55,349 nt of DNA from an uncultured Clostridia bacterium (GCA_947629145.1 CANRCQ010000002.1:1-55349); one strand, 5' to 3'. Positions 39,401-47,302 are shown, counted from the first letter of the stretch. Made by a program: numbers and translations. Notes: generated by a model from the letters alone, not told the origin.

Positions 39401-42400
39401 AACTTCGCCAGAGTTATCAAAAACAAAACCTGCAACATATCCGCCAAACACATTGATTTTTGTCAATCTGTGTGGAATGATAACACTGTTGTTTTCTTCA
39501 TCACGGCCACCACCAGCGCCTTCAACATAACTTTCTTCAACATTTCCGTTGTTGTAAAGCACAAAGCCGGCTGTTTCGGTTGTGTTGGAGTTCATCATAT
39601 TATATATGTCAACATTGTCTGCAAAAGATGCGCTTATGGTTGCATAGTTGTTTGCCACAAAACCTGCAACTCTCACCTGCCCTTTTATAATAAAGTTTTC
39701 AAGTGGCAAAGTGCTGAGATAGTCAGTTCCTGCAATGTTGATAACCTGTTGAACACTCTCTCCGCCAACACGCGAATTGACGATTGAAAGGTTGTTGTCA
39801 ATGACAAAGCCTGCAACAACACTTTCGTCAATGTTCATGCCGTCAGTCAACTGAACTTCTGTGTCGTTGTTTCCGTTTGTGTAAATGACATTAAGCCCAG
39901 GATTGTCAACATTTACTGTTTGATAATCGCTCTTAAATGCCACAACTTCGCAGTTGTAGATAATTCCGTTGTTTGTGAGTGCAAAACCTGCAATATTTAC
40001 TGTTGAATAGCCTGTGTTTCTTGCAATATTAGCCTTTATCTGTCCGCCTTGATATATGTTTACACGAACATTTTTCAAGGTTGTGTTTTCGGTAACTTCG
40101 TCAAAAAGTGCAAGTCTAAGACTTCTTGAATTTTCTGGCATTGCAAAACTGTTTAAGTGAATTGTGTAGCCATTTCCATCAAGGCTGTTGAACATTGTTG
40201 TTGAAAGTGGAGTGTAGTTTTCAAGCACAATGTCGTTCATTAAAATGTAATCTTCCGCCTTAGCATCCGCTCTGTTAGGGTCGGCATATCTTTCCAAATC
40301 CGCCTGTGATGTGATTGCAACAGGGTTTTCTTCGTCATACCAACTGTCAACCACAACAACAAAGAAGTATGGAATCCTTGCAATCAACTGCCCTTTGTGA
40401 TAAACAATTGTTTCAAGGCGCATAAGTTGTTTGCCTGTGTTAATTCCAGTGAACACAAGGTTGGTTGTGCCAGGCTCTTCTTCAATCGAGAACAAGTCGT
40501 TTCTGTTGATTCCGCCAGTCACTGAGTTGTAAATGCTTTCTGTGTCATATTCATCCCTTGCATATGCAAGTTGTTGCTTCAGCGCAAGTGGTGAGTAAGA
40601 ATTTGAATTTAAATCATATGTATAGTTTATGTAATATTGTGTTTTTTCATTTTCATAGTTATTATTATTTATAAACTTTCCTTTTTCAGTTTCTATATGC
40701 TTAACCGCATCCACTTCGTCTGGGTTGGACTGGTTGATATTATAGTTTTGTGGAATAAGTGGATAGTCAAAAGTGAGCCTTGTTGGTGCGCCCCTGTAAA
40801 CATAGAACGCATCATAGGTGTTTTGATTATATTGAGTTGTGTTGTGAGAGCCGCTTACAGAAATTCCTTCGCTGTCGATAATGAAATCCAACAAGTTCAT
40901 TGTAATTGAAGTGTATTTAATGTCAGGAACTCCGTTGATAAGTCTGCTTACTCCTGCGCGCACATAGAACACCCCTGTGTCCGCACTGCGGCCTTCTTCC
41001 ATAACCTTTGCATTCACTTTTACATCAAGAATTGCGGTGTAAATGCGGAAATTGCCTTCTTCTGTTGGAGTGCCTTGAATAAGCGAAATTCCATAGCCGT
41101 TGTTTTGAAGGGAAATTGTTGCCGTTTGCTCTATTCCAACCGTCACTTTAATATTTGCGGTTGTCCCCTTTGCAATAAGATAGGATGATACACGTTGGTC
41201 GTTTATTGTGATTTGTGCATCTTGCATAAAGTCGATATTAAGTTTTTGAGTTGCCACATAAGGCTGTCTGCCTTCGCTGTAGAAAGTTGCTGTAAAGATG
41301 ATTGTTGTGCTGTCTTGGAAGATGTTGGATGCGTAAACTCTAAAATAGTAATAGCCGTCTCCACTTCTGTCATCATCATCGATATTGACTCTCATTCCGT
41401 TGTCAAGAGTGGATGTCTTTGCGTTGTTTAAATACAATCCAAAGTTTGGATTTTCAACCAATCGCATGATTTGGATTGCTGCATTTGGTTGATTTGTGCC
41501 TTCTTGAATTGCATAAGTAAGTGTAAAGTGAGTTGCAAGTGCAAATTCTGGTGTCACATGAACAACCAAAATTGCATCACTTGATGGGATGATTGTGGTT
41601 GCCTTGTTGTCGCTCTGTGTGTAATACATTGTGTTGTTGACACTTCTTCTGGTTTGGATGTCGTAAATATCAATATCAACTGCATTTACATATTCAGGCA
41701 CAAGTTTCATTTCCACGGTGTTCACGTACATAGTGTTGTCAATTTGGCTCAATGCGTTCACAGAAAGTGTGAAATTATATTCTTTCACAACTTTGTATCT
41801 CTCCGCATAAGGCACATAAACAGAAACAGAATATTTTGTTCCATCTTCGTTTAAGTTCCAAATAACCTGCAAATGAAGATTTGTGTCAATCTCAAATTCA
41901 ACATTTCTTAATGTGCTTATATGGTCACTTTGGAAAGTTCTGTCCCCAATATTAAGTGTAAACACAAGGTTGTCGGTGTCACTGTCTGTTGTCATCAAAA
42001 CATCAAAAGTTGCATAGTCCACTGGGCTGAAATTGAGTTTGTTTGCATTTGTAATCAAAAGTCTTCTTGCCCCATTGTAAACAGAAACTTTAAATTGTCT
42101 TGTCAATTTTTCACGGAGTGCATTGTTATACTTTTCAATTCCAACATCTTTGTCGCCTTCTTTTATTGTGGCATCAAGTCCTACAATGTTTTTAAGGTTT
42201 TTAATTTCAACATAGGTTGAAACACTTGTCAAATCACTATCACTAGCCTTATTGCCAGAAAGCACCAAAGATAACTCGCTTTTTGTGAAGGAAACGTATG
42301 TTTCGCCTGTTTTTTCATCAATGATATTATTTTCTGCAACATAATCAATTTGATAATAAGAATTGTCCGCAACTGAAGAATATTCATTGCCATTAAGCAT

Positions 42401-45400
42401 AATTGAGTGGTCAAGTTGATGAACAAGTGTAAGCATCTTTTTATCGGTTGCAGAGTTGCTTGTTTGCAAAGTTACAACTTCATTGTCGTTTAACACATAG
42501 CCGTCAATGAGTGTTGTAAGTTTTGGAAGATTGTTGACAATCACAACATTGAATGTCTTTGTGTTTGTAAGGTCCATCTTAGAGTGAGCCACAATGTTTA
42601 CAACTCGGCTTTCAGTGTTTGTAATTCTAAGGGAAGTTGAAGTTATGCTTAAATTTTGTGAAACAGAAGAGATAATCAAACTCTTTTGTTCTGCCTTTTC
42701 AATGTTAAACAAATCAGTAAGTTCCAAAGTGTTAAGCCTTACAAGTTCCATTCTTTCCGCAGAATCTGTGATTGTGGCAGTTGGCTGATAGTAGAACAAA
42801 ACTGCATTTGTGTCGTCAACTTTCACAATCTTATCTGTATTTTCGTTGAATTTAACATCGTTAATGTTAAGTGCCGCACTTTGAACATTATTTTTAAGAT
42901 AAATCATGCCAAAGTTTACATTGATGTCAATATCGTCAAGTTGCCAAATATTTCCGTCTAAAACTTGTCTATAAACGCCCTGCAAATTGCCTTCTTGATA
43001 TGTTTGATTATTGGTTTCGTTTATTCCGTCAGTTAAAAATGTCATTGTCATCTTGGTGTTATCTTCTGCAAATCTAAGATAATAAGAGTTGATACACCTT
43101 ACATTTCCATAGGAAACATTCTGCAAATTGCTCATAAAGCCAAAGCATTCTTCAATATTGTAAGAAATGTCACTGTTTCCAACAAACATATATACATTTG
43201 TTGCGCCGAGAATCAATGTATTGTAAAGCCCCTTTACATCTGTAAATGGATATGCGTAGATATAACTTCTGTAAATCCTGCTATCGGCCGATGTAACTTG
43301 TCCAACAAGTCCCCCAAAGTTGCAATCTCTGCCAAGTGTAAATGTGTTATAATCGTTTTCCCCAAAGGTGTAAAATTCCACACCGCAACTTTCAATTCGT
43401 CCTGAGTTTTTCCCAGCAATTCCACCAGCATATAAAGAGTTTGGTGCATTTATGTCCATGCCGTATGTATAAGAATTTATGATTGTCCCTTGGTTGTCCC
43501 CAACAATTCCGCCAACACAAACTTCTTCTTTCAAATTTGTCAAACTGCTTGAAGAATATTTGTTATTTTTGTAACTTACATCAATTCTTACATTTGAAAT
43601 TGTGCCAAGGTTTGTGTTTGCAACAAAGCCTGCTGTGCTTTCTTCCGTTGTCACTTCCCCAGTAAATATAAGGTCAAAAATTTGTCCTTCAAGGCTGTCC
43701 ACAAAGTTTTGACTTCCGCTTGTAAAGTTGAGTGTAACACTGTCATTATCTCCAAACACAGCCCCATTTTTTGCAATTCTGTCGAATGTTTGCCAGCCAC
43801 TAAGGGTAAGGTTGTTCATAATGCGATATTTTAAAGCCTTGTCGATTTTTTTCAAATCATCTTCGCTGTAAATTCTCACTGCTGTTTCAATGTTTTCGCC
43901 GTCAGCAATGATGATTGGTATGCATAAAATCACATCACTGTAATAAATTCTTTCATTGTCATTGTTTAAGAAGAAGTTTGAATATTCGTCACTGCCATTG
44001 ATAATTTGGTCATAATAATTTTCAAGTCTGTTAAGTGGAATATAACAAATGTTTTCTTCAAGTAAATTTCCATCATCGTCAAATTCATATTTATAAATCA
44101 ACACTTGGTCAATGCCGTCAACGCGTTTAATCATGTCATTTGGCAAGATATACAAGTTTACAACTCCACCCTTGTTGTTGTCATCGCCTGTGATTGACAA
44201 ATTAAAGTTTTGTCCGCCATCAATGTTTTCAGTTGCGGCAATTTTAAATCTTGAGCCATCGCCAGAGATTGTGGCAGGTCTAACACCTAAAGTTTTATCG
44301 TTTGCCCCATCAAGTCCATTTGGAGAAACAGCGGTTTTAATCACAAACTTTCTTGCACTTTCCTGTGGAGAAGTGAGATTAAGATAAACATCCCCTGTGC
44401 TTGTTCTGTTCACCCACTCAACCTTTTCAACACGGTTTACATTTCTAATTTCCAAAGAAATGTCAACCTTTCTCATAAAGCCGAAATCATCTTGATAAGT
44501 TATTGTCAAAAGGTCATGAACACTTGTTTGATGAGCCGTGGAAGTTGCCGTGATTGTGAATGAGAAAAATCTTCCACTAACAGGGGTTGAAATATTGCTT
44601 ATCGTGTAATAGCGATTTTTCTTGACTGCATCAGGAGTGTCTTTTTCCCAATCTCCAAGTGAAGAAGTGAGTGTGAAATATGAGATGTCATTTGTGTAAG
44701 TTGGCGTTTTTCCATCCGTTCTAAAACTTATCGTCACATCAACAGAAGCACGTGCAATGTCCGCTTGGCTGAGTGTTTCTGTGGTGTAAAGAATTTTGTC
44801 TCTCACATTGCTTGAAAGGGTTTTAACTGCATAAAAACTTTCCAAAGCAAATATTCTCACTGCAACAACTTCTCTGTGGTCAATGCTAAATCCGTTGAAT
44901 CTTGCAAAAACAAAGCCTTTAAAAGCATTGTTTGAAAGGGTGAGTCTGTTTGTTGTAATGCTGAAATAGTCGCTTAGTCCAGACCAAATTCCTTCCAAAG
45001 CCCCATATAATGTGGACAAATAATTCAAAGCACTTTTCCCTTCAAAAAGTTGGTCGCTTTCCCCAGCATATTTAAAGATATTTTCGCCAGTTTCTTCGCC
45101 AGCAATTTCCTTGACACTATCAAGTGTCACAAAGCCATATTCAACCGCTGTTGAAAGTGATTGAAAGGTTGTTTCAAGTGAAAGAACAGAGCCTGCTTCA
45201 ATCATGATTTTAGCAAGTGAAACATTTGTTAAATTTTGATTTGGGTCAATTATAAGTGAACTTCCATCAAGCAAAAATCCTTGTTCCAAATTCTTTGAGT
45301 AATAAACATTTGAAGATAGTGGGTCTGCATTTAAAATTGAAACATCGTTAATTGGGATAAATGCTTCAACATCAAAATGTTTTGAACTTACTTGTGTGAT

Positions 45401-47302
45401 ATGTTCAAACCAAAAACTTGCCGTGCTGTCAAAGTTTGTGCCGCTAAGCCTAACAGTAAACGAAACGATAATAAAATCTTGGTCGTCTTCCCCTTCGGCA
45501 ACGTGTTTTTCAACAACCGCTTCTGGATTATTCACAAAATAATCTTCTTCTGGGAAGATAAATCGTGGATTGTTGTCATGTTTAAAACTAAGCCCTGCCG
45601 CAGAAGTCAACCCCATGATTTTAACATTGTAACTTATTTGTGCATTTTGAATGGTTGATGCAACATATTGCGTTTCAAGGTCAGCCCCATCTTCATTGTA
45701 AACATCAAGAGATTGTTCAGCAGAAATTCTGTATAAATTCAAAGTGATTTGCGTCTTTTTGCTGTCGTCACTTTGTGGGACAAAATCAAAAACTACGCCT
45801 TCAAGTGAGCCTTTGATTTTGTCACTTGCAATCAATGTGATTGTGTCGCCACTTTGAAGGGGTGCTGATGTAAATTCATAATTAGAGTTTGTAAATTCAA
45901 TATCTCTCCCACGCACCATAAATCTAACAAGCGAGCTTATTTGTCGCTCATCAGCGGAAAGTTGTGCAAAATAATTTCTCAGTTGACTTGATTGATTGAT
46001 GTTGATTTTGATGTTAAACAAGTTGTTGTCAAGTTGCACGCCGTCATTTGGCAACAAAATTGTTCTTATTGTGTAGCCACTTGAATTGTATTGAGAGAAA
46101 ATGTCAATCTCTTTGTTGTTCAAAGGGTTTTGTTGTGCATCCAACAATTCAATTCCATCAACAGCATATGATGTTTGAATAATTGGGCTTATTTGATTTG
46201 TGACAATGTCATAATCATAGTCCGCATAGCCAATGCTAAGTTGAAATAGATATTCGCCGCTTGTGTTGTTGTCATAATAATCTTGTGCGTTTATCTCAAA
46301 ATGATAGGTCACTCTCCCAGTGTTCTCTTCGCGAGATGTAACATCAAAAGTGAAATAATCCAAATAATTGTCAATTCTTCTCAGCCCAGTTGTGGAATAT
46401 TCATAGAAAATTGGCGAAAGTCTAATGTCATATTTTGTGTTGATAACAATTTCGCCACTTGCAACAGCATTAGTTGCGTCATTGCGTTTAAGTTCAAAGG
46501 TGGCTGTTTCCGTTTGAATTGCATTGTCAGCATAAAATGAAACAGTGTTGGAATTGTCGCTTATTTGCAAAGAGTTGATTGTGGAATTATCAAGAACATC
46601 AAATTCAACAGTGTTTGCAATATCCTTGTTTTCTGTGAAAGAAGCCTTTAAGTTGACTTTTTCCATTTGGGCATCCTGTGAAACCCACAACTTGTTGTTT
46701 TCAATCTTTGCAACAATACGGCTGTCTTCAATCATAACAGGTGTGCCATTTTCATCGGCTTGTCCATTTGTAAAAGTCCATTCAATGTCTTTGATATTTG
46801 CAGTAAGGGGTTTCAAATCAAAATAATCTTCGGCATTTAAAAGTTTTTCGTTTCCATCTCCTTTAACAATAAATCTGTTTGTTCGTCCTTGGGTGGAGTC
46901 ATTTTGTGTAGTGTCAATTTTTTCAAGAACGGTGTTTACATTGACATAAATGACTTTAAACAAATTCACATTGTCAATTGCCCAAACTCTAACCCTAGCA
47001 GTTCCGCTTTTATCTCCGTAAATTGTAAAAGAATATGTATTGTCATTGCGGCGTCTTGTTGCTGAAAGGTGGATTGTGTTATCTCCGCCAGGTTCAACCA
47101 TCTTTCCAATGCCAGCGGAAGAATTACCCACATAAACTGTCACTTCCTTGGACAACACGTTGTATTGGTTTTGACTGTTTGTGTAGATTGTCACATTTTC
47201 TGTGTCGATGGAAAGTGACACCTGCTTTTCACAGCAAGCCGTCAGCATCCCTCCTGTCAACATCATAAAAACACTAAAAATTCCTAATAAAAATTTTTTC
47301 AT
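27407..47302 (-). CDS. Giant (6631 aa) lipoprotein-type surface protein with GLUG-like repeats
   Basis: Single open frame of 19,896 nt in AT-rich DNA. RBS AAGGGGGA. Signal peptide with lipobox MKKFLLGIFSVFMMLTGGMLTAC. At least ~35 motifs of the type (Y/I/V)(A/G)G(G/F)(I/L/V)(V/I/F)G..N.G.I.NSY. Gly-rich tract near the C-terminus. No LPXTG or SLH seen. Confidence 0.9.
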   Translation of the reverse strand: MKKFLLGIFSVFMMLTGGMLTACCEKQVSLSIDTENVTIYTNSQNQYNVLSKEVTVYVGNSSAGIGKMVEPGGDNTIHLSATRRRNDNTYSFTIYGDKSGTARVRVWAIDNVNLFKVIYVNVNTVLEKIDTTQNDSTQGRTNRFIVKGDGNEKLLNAEDYFDLKPLTANIKDIEWTFTNGQADENGTPVMIEDSRIVAKIENNKLWVSQDAQMEKVNLKASFTENKDIANTVEFDVLDNSTINSLQISDNSNTVSFYADNAIQTETATFELKRNDATNAVASGEIVINTKYDIRLSPIFYEYSTTGLRRIDNYLDYFTFDVTSREENTGRVTYHFEINAQDYYDNNTSGEYLFQLSIGYADYDYDIVTNQISPIIQTSYAVDGIELLDAQQNPLNNKEIDIFSQYNSSGYTIRTILLPNDGVQLDNNLFNIKININQSSQLRNYFAQLSADERQISSLVRFMVRGRDIEFTNSNYEFTSAPLQSGDTITLIASDKIKGSLEGVVFDFVPQSDDSKKTQITLNLYRISAEQSLDVYNEDGADLETQYVASTIQNAQISYNVKIMGLTSAAGLSFKHDNNPRFIFPEEDYFVNNPEAVVEKHVAEGEDDQDFIIVSFTVRLSGTNFDSTASFWFEHITQVSSKHFDVEAFIPINDVSILNADPLSSNVYYSKNLEQGFLLDGSSLIIDPNQNLTNVSLAKIMIEAGSVLSLETTFQSLSTAVEYGFVTLDSVKEIAGEETGENIFKYAGESDQLFEGKSALNYLSTLYGALEGIWSGLSDYFSITTNRLTLSNNAFKGFVFARFNGFSIDHREVVAVRIFALESFYAVKTLSSNVRDKILYTTETLSQADIARASVDVTISFRTDGKTPTYTNDISYFTLTSSLGDWEKDTPDAVKKNRYYTISNISTPVSGRFFSFTITATSTAHQTSVHDLLTITYQDDFGFMRKVDISLEIRNVNRVEKVEWVNRTSTGDVYLNLTSPQESARKFVIKTAVSPNGLDGANDKTLGVRPATISGDGSRFKIAATENIDGGQNFNLSITGDDNNKGGVVNLYILPNDMIKRVDGIDQVLIYKYEFDDDGNLLEENICYIPLNRLENYYDQIINGSDEYSNFFLNNDNERIYYSDVILCIPIIIADGENIETAVRIYSEDDLKKIDKALKYRIMNNLTLSGWQTFDRIAKNGAVFGDNDSVTLNFTSGSQNFVDSLEGQIFDLIFTGEVTTEESTAGFVANTNLGTISNVRIDVSYKNNKYSSSSLTNLKEEVCVGGIVGDNQGTIINSYTYGMDINAPNSLYAGGIAGKNSGRIESCGVEFYTFGENDYNTFTLGRDCNFGGLVGQVTSADSRIYRSYIYAYPFTDVKGLYNTLILGATNVYMFVGNSDISYNIEECFGFMSNLQNVSYGNVRCINSYYLRFAEDNTKMTMTFLTDGINETNNQTYQEGNLQGVYRQVLDGNIWQLDDIDINVNFGMIYLKNNVQSAALNINDVKFNENTDKIVKVDDTNAVLFYYQPTATITDSAERMELVRLNTLELTDLFNIEKAEQKSLIISSVSQNLSITSTSLRITNTESRVVNIVAHSKMDLTNTKTFNVVIVNNLPKLTTLIDGYVLNDNEVVTLQTSNSATDKKMLTLVHQLDHSIMLNGNEYSSVADNSYYQIDYVAENNIIDEKTGETYVSFTKSELSLVLSGNKASDSDLTSVSTYVEIKNLKNIVGLDATIKEGDKDVGIEKYNNALREKLTRQFKVSVYNGARRLLITNANKLNFSPVDYATFDVLMTTDSDTDNLVFTLNIGDRTFQSDHISTLRNVEFEIDTNLHLQVIWNLNEDGTKYSVSVYVPYAERYKVVKEYNFTLSVNALSQIDNTMYVNTVEMKLVPEYVNAVDIDIYDIQTRRSVNNTMYYTQSDNKATTIIPSSDAILVVHVTPEFALATHFTLTYAIQEGTNQPNAAIQIMRLVENPNFGLYLNNAKTSTLDNGMRVNIDDDDRSGDGYYYFRVYASNIFQDSTTIIFTATFYSEGRQPYVATQKLNIDFMQDAQITINDQRVSSYLIAKGTTANIKVTVGIEQTATISLQNNGYGISLIQGTPTEEGNFRIYTAILDVKVNAKVMEEGRSADTGVFYVRAGVSRLINGVPDIKYTSITMNLLDFIIDSEGISVSGSHNTTQYNQNTYDAFYVYRGAPTRLTFDYPLIPQNYNINQSNPDEVDAVKHIETEKGKFINNNNYENEKTQYYINYTYDLNSNSYSPLALKQQLAYARDEYDTESIYNSVTGGINRNDLFSIEEEPGTTNLVFTGINTGKQLMRLETIVYHKGQLIARIPYFFVVVVDSWYDEENPVAITSQADLERYADPNRADAKAEDYILMNDIVLENYTPLSTTMFNSLDGNGYTIHLNSFAMPENSRSLRLALFDEVTENTTLKNVRVNIYQGGQIKANIARNTGYSTVNIAGFALTNNGIIYNCEVVAFKSDYQTVNVDNPGLNVIYTNGNNDTEVQLTDGMNIDESVVAGFVIDNNLSIVNSRVGGESVQQVINIAGTDYLSTLPLENFIIKGQVRVAGFVANNYATISASFADNVDIYNMMNSNTTETAGFVLYNNGNVEESYVEGAGGGRDEENNSVIIPHRLTKINVFGGYVAGFVFDNSGEVKNSYANIAIENSTYKASYVAGFVYRNNEDGIVTLCFTACEIENIDSQQRPFAGVSGDLSLNNGSITYSYYYSLTNEGVTNEANFTSGVTPIADLVNNPENLMYGFSFASGENSGDGIWVKTDDGITLVNANKIAVSNRYMFVANETEQFIYNTALRDNSTLLPIDLSYGSERNPIIIRSAKDFVLAMGKAQSNEISSYAQYYSSTAIWGNYRFVNDIEFDETIEQNPQSSEQVEGRYNLTTSTKTFEGSLIGNGFTLSGIRLSSLQQAENYGLFAKLDTAKIINLQLGVEYVNTDASIVGILAGTAVDTKIISVAVEGENTTDGIKVNGENIVGGLVGMLFGESRLQDISISNIYVVSADYESKTITRNTEYTSRLKGLIQERRPLIDQTTHLSYAGAVVGYVDMYKNTNDTNVKFETTIFVDNFDILNVHVSGFVNVYGEVAGGLFGYVGRSTKIYDASLTLDADASRSIHPSYIIAKNLYAGGLIGENYGGLFAVYASYSQDIQDAIEEGENSYYMNGASVERGQDSIFSYDENADREFEDVDTKYDDPLFIGGLVGYMGAGYIYIGYSKLNVVARSARTLAVGGIIGMLSSTGTTSRVDAIEGTPNANIVLNDVYASGDVHLENGRSDAYSAGIVGALSNASSTMPVLVMRDVMAMNYYKAENSRLVGDNVLANAETSENLRATSDHHFMLIGALYQYRDNSFTRTNRLNSNLYIIKDNSAYYNVYDATYSASNNAGHITVGGYNKVVIGQNSVYINPFGFGFDVREGDKIQDYLIYAVHIGESIMQSEGQGDLSTPSTYFKGYFIERGWQEQYWVHENNKLFPRIELSQRANEITWDVYNTEEVVSAMETSHNIKIVLRGKTSRNELSASYTDIDLRLNATQNGMQITQDLYNRLHNAFKQYTGTLVSYYQDRRLEDCRLNESVTENGTVIGGKAPSSGVPSTVDPGLIIDAPLFGIRSGADTGTGMTVNGINFYFTPNAESSTGAIDYTLVGGESEGSGEKLINSIFRNVSLIYNKSVALSTSGDTVGLITDKPVDTCTFIDTKIVVRGEDSTISLTSTNTDTANIGLIAGKISLDIMAQEPISVSGIQLEKELENNNQNDEEKKVVKISISSSAKITNVGLLSGVIERSGEALTQNSLSEINVGLNEIKGVEMTVTAGNSLYIGGFVGQMNNVNNVMYNQTESTGETKGFSMIINSNVQTLYAGGAFGQVIQGSLEIAGSAASNAVFTSGIYLGGTGSISGNVNIGGLIGYTNANVSITNFSVRFGLGKLQGVGEAASVPTYKAKVSETDDTEYDTFDKFYFDHSEVLSPFTISGGQIGGMIGNVDGGNVTIAGGCAVSGTVDVATVIKDREGTVVDIGGYIGSAQGNIETNISATNSLNISVYEDEQGSTLGSATANIGGIVGQFSQGENASQDENAPLNTISINNSISEYVNYTGVVLAAVKSINFGGAVGYMNKTNFNFTTSKNFFNHVAFGGSLEVWDKVSSRGNTINGCAVRVGGVIGAYDHKTPSGDEQDEITNARTYGDVFVNYSMFNKDGYSVNNKFTTYYFGGIVGYATNVHISNCSTIMTSFNNRLATNVIGVNAIVGGKSGKVTYGGNKYSSGVMMAYQVEDGNTDCYYGAQEDNNYTYSGYTNKAIKPSDSNAPPETTNENILEDFSSFGGNKLNPIVLSADSKFTTNISANQVEFDKIFNDTILGTYHNITWFYLNSDLGKEENPISSLGDNITNMVIVGNGHTVTVSDTRISDMEKYDDDRYKNQYKGALIDSMGAFYDSNRSEEDNPVTNADGVEFIALIPNFTAITGMIINLQVESADIDGENLSPSYGGVIGVTNGNSFIYGVGVTGQLSVGGNSRLQLGGIVGTMKHGMIDECFVDADISYRAAPNYGYLSGVANVGEYNTTIKNTYSSGMLETFVNTNIFTLAYSPKVPSALSSNDIRDVYSISQIKVTDLLSGSSGTPSINFINTINNEGEEKFAFNTFGQYLNGTAEVGDNGTEDKKDDYTPVEEMALAYSEAEKSAQSYSIKAAPEYDGDEVANGDITQTPWYFSPYVNYGYASHGFGYLKNVTTYTEKDGVYTQVSYAEIYSAGTENYGTNNDGEWYLGVPNVGKFEQMVSTVGTSDNYTKDYKFLLKYNLDMSNYNGTYGDNILKTDYKFILDGDGHTLDFASAEPLTTPLFGEVKGDIKNLRLADITTSGAATLASTVNGSISNIVAIGSVTSGANVVGGVVATLNGSADKIQSLVNITKTNGGIVGGIVGVLNKLENDTYLKETNGTITYSSNSGQIVSTGNTSGGIIDPTTSSNPPTFLYFAEITTAGTQNSNSTKELGNIAGGIVGYANGGTVENSYNANAVLSGFTDTDGDKSTNKYLAGGIVGYASGTIINSSYNTGLVGAGNYGSTDTYAIAGGIFGYGSPNLTGCINDGAVQAINQVDETKFVVEFSYEGGSDESTGFKKSDELSNLKYRVTMIYNADVNKGGSDRMVYAFGLGYANGGSINNSQSSIDNIKNDGNIGCIRDVQEMEFTRQSWMDDPNGEYLASFTVDSTSNYKINGYDNYGFPARIYLEDKMTRKLNDTNTKAFYNKVKVGNMSINRPRFPFFSATSTLTMSKSIYKGTVKNSFSSGSNNDFAADENAAVNSKEYNFSADTTFYACTEFDEYDNIVRNQINLIKYSTSDTYNPEVNFDFNFHEKENNVESNEEGGEEDNTASDINELMQEIDKYGESTTKKIRTMSINGQLVAIVENSQNMQAVYIAAYADFSVKFTVSDVLKNSVSKENFIVSVTGHKDDVSIIKNLKFENGENGETTYTLSGTIYFNKNPGSNCEVKVSFKYNTEPVTISLRHNTVKQDGNNLRIDLSGYMASLTNNGFDKDSIEQVSLKRKDGTELMGDRSYSWDGDYLVIQNLNLGDEKDLDLTLQFTVINIIKSDMSVETLQIDSVSGTTESVQLSTPTPTYPTLTFEEKYEEFDNEFLNSNVTKEKVKDEENETLVGLSYDLSALTEQANGKLAFGNDEYAFKYENGAWTVFTQKEDDGLEMNFEGNKLVITGSAENLTAFDNSFEAFNGIRGGSDNIKPNEYGGVGSPDEVPNSVDTEYSIKLGELGEIVERVSLSGDKDWNAALLDYKTFQEKLANFKGEKEEFEKYGLKFYTVKAKFSYDVTDITLKFDESCLYKGYTLTIGDNFIKQGSVIPEQKTLSIADREKAKEFDGQSISLTVNTVNYPSSQAPFAFRSSTLSLKQANGDDNNTQYNVFKTVYDGTIIESEAGDTKKTCPICGEVCESISTTKTTTENSSSGPKRIYYTYTIFKCGAIRVEYGTTENQSTKMIQYTYYNQEAKGFTAGTITEMETTLSVNDDNITSSSSEEKSIDDVKNFSKYFYGNSDITVDFIVSDFGNITESTDSDKYYDGYISVIKSPNNIGNYTFCGAVEDQYRQQDTPNCEVYFGYQDSEPITVHAGETLHWKESKEFNYQTTQDDYEFVAKNEYPYNSTEFTYYFDIEESTEPLNVAIQSTGGNSEDNEPDIMLAEEKPEPENKFEIVLLDADIYVSMGLTKNDKTLVGNSYILKFQETTLFNVNESIIKDINFVGQRSLENVNDNTSLLMPEISASVNNVKLYGNMRNVNATYDITVSSCNVEVEQNDNKDIYIGNIKSYVAMTGLDAGEGESVNVTLEEKSCPNAGGIIVAGSAMKAKNGSDGSGYITYDNNNIVGGSGIDGAPGGAGGSIKINTNNITLARVGAGGMSGYGGNGVNGWFNSNVALGGGAGGMTHKKGQNGLLNGTEDTSFKPNIASTQCGGNGGVGGLGRFYIKYIDDQGQTKIVGNQNGYVYFSGNGGQKGFAREDINETHHEAYPGDCGDRKLVVNDIYRLGLNPNRMFTASDFNTESGAWYYFHSPSNDEMNERYNAWIDGAIGNDSNYSKIYGGKGDDIGDNRQRVSETIYVSASIDISRLLVFLRWILDNYWYEYGATMGKVNVWCSGEVINGGGAFQGSEISSQTTES

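Noticed and set aside
27863-47268. About 40 plus-strand ORFs of 60-140 aa inside the giant gene
   Set aside because: All are antisense shadows with no RBS context and low-complexity sequence. The minus-strand frame is continuous across them.
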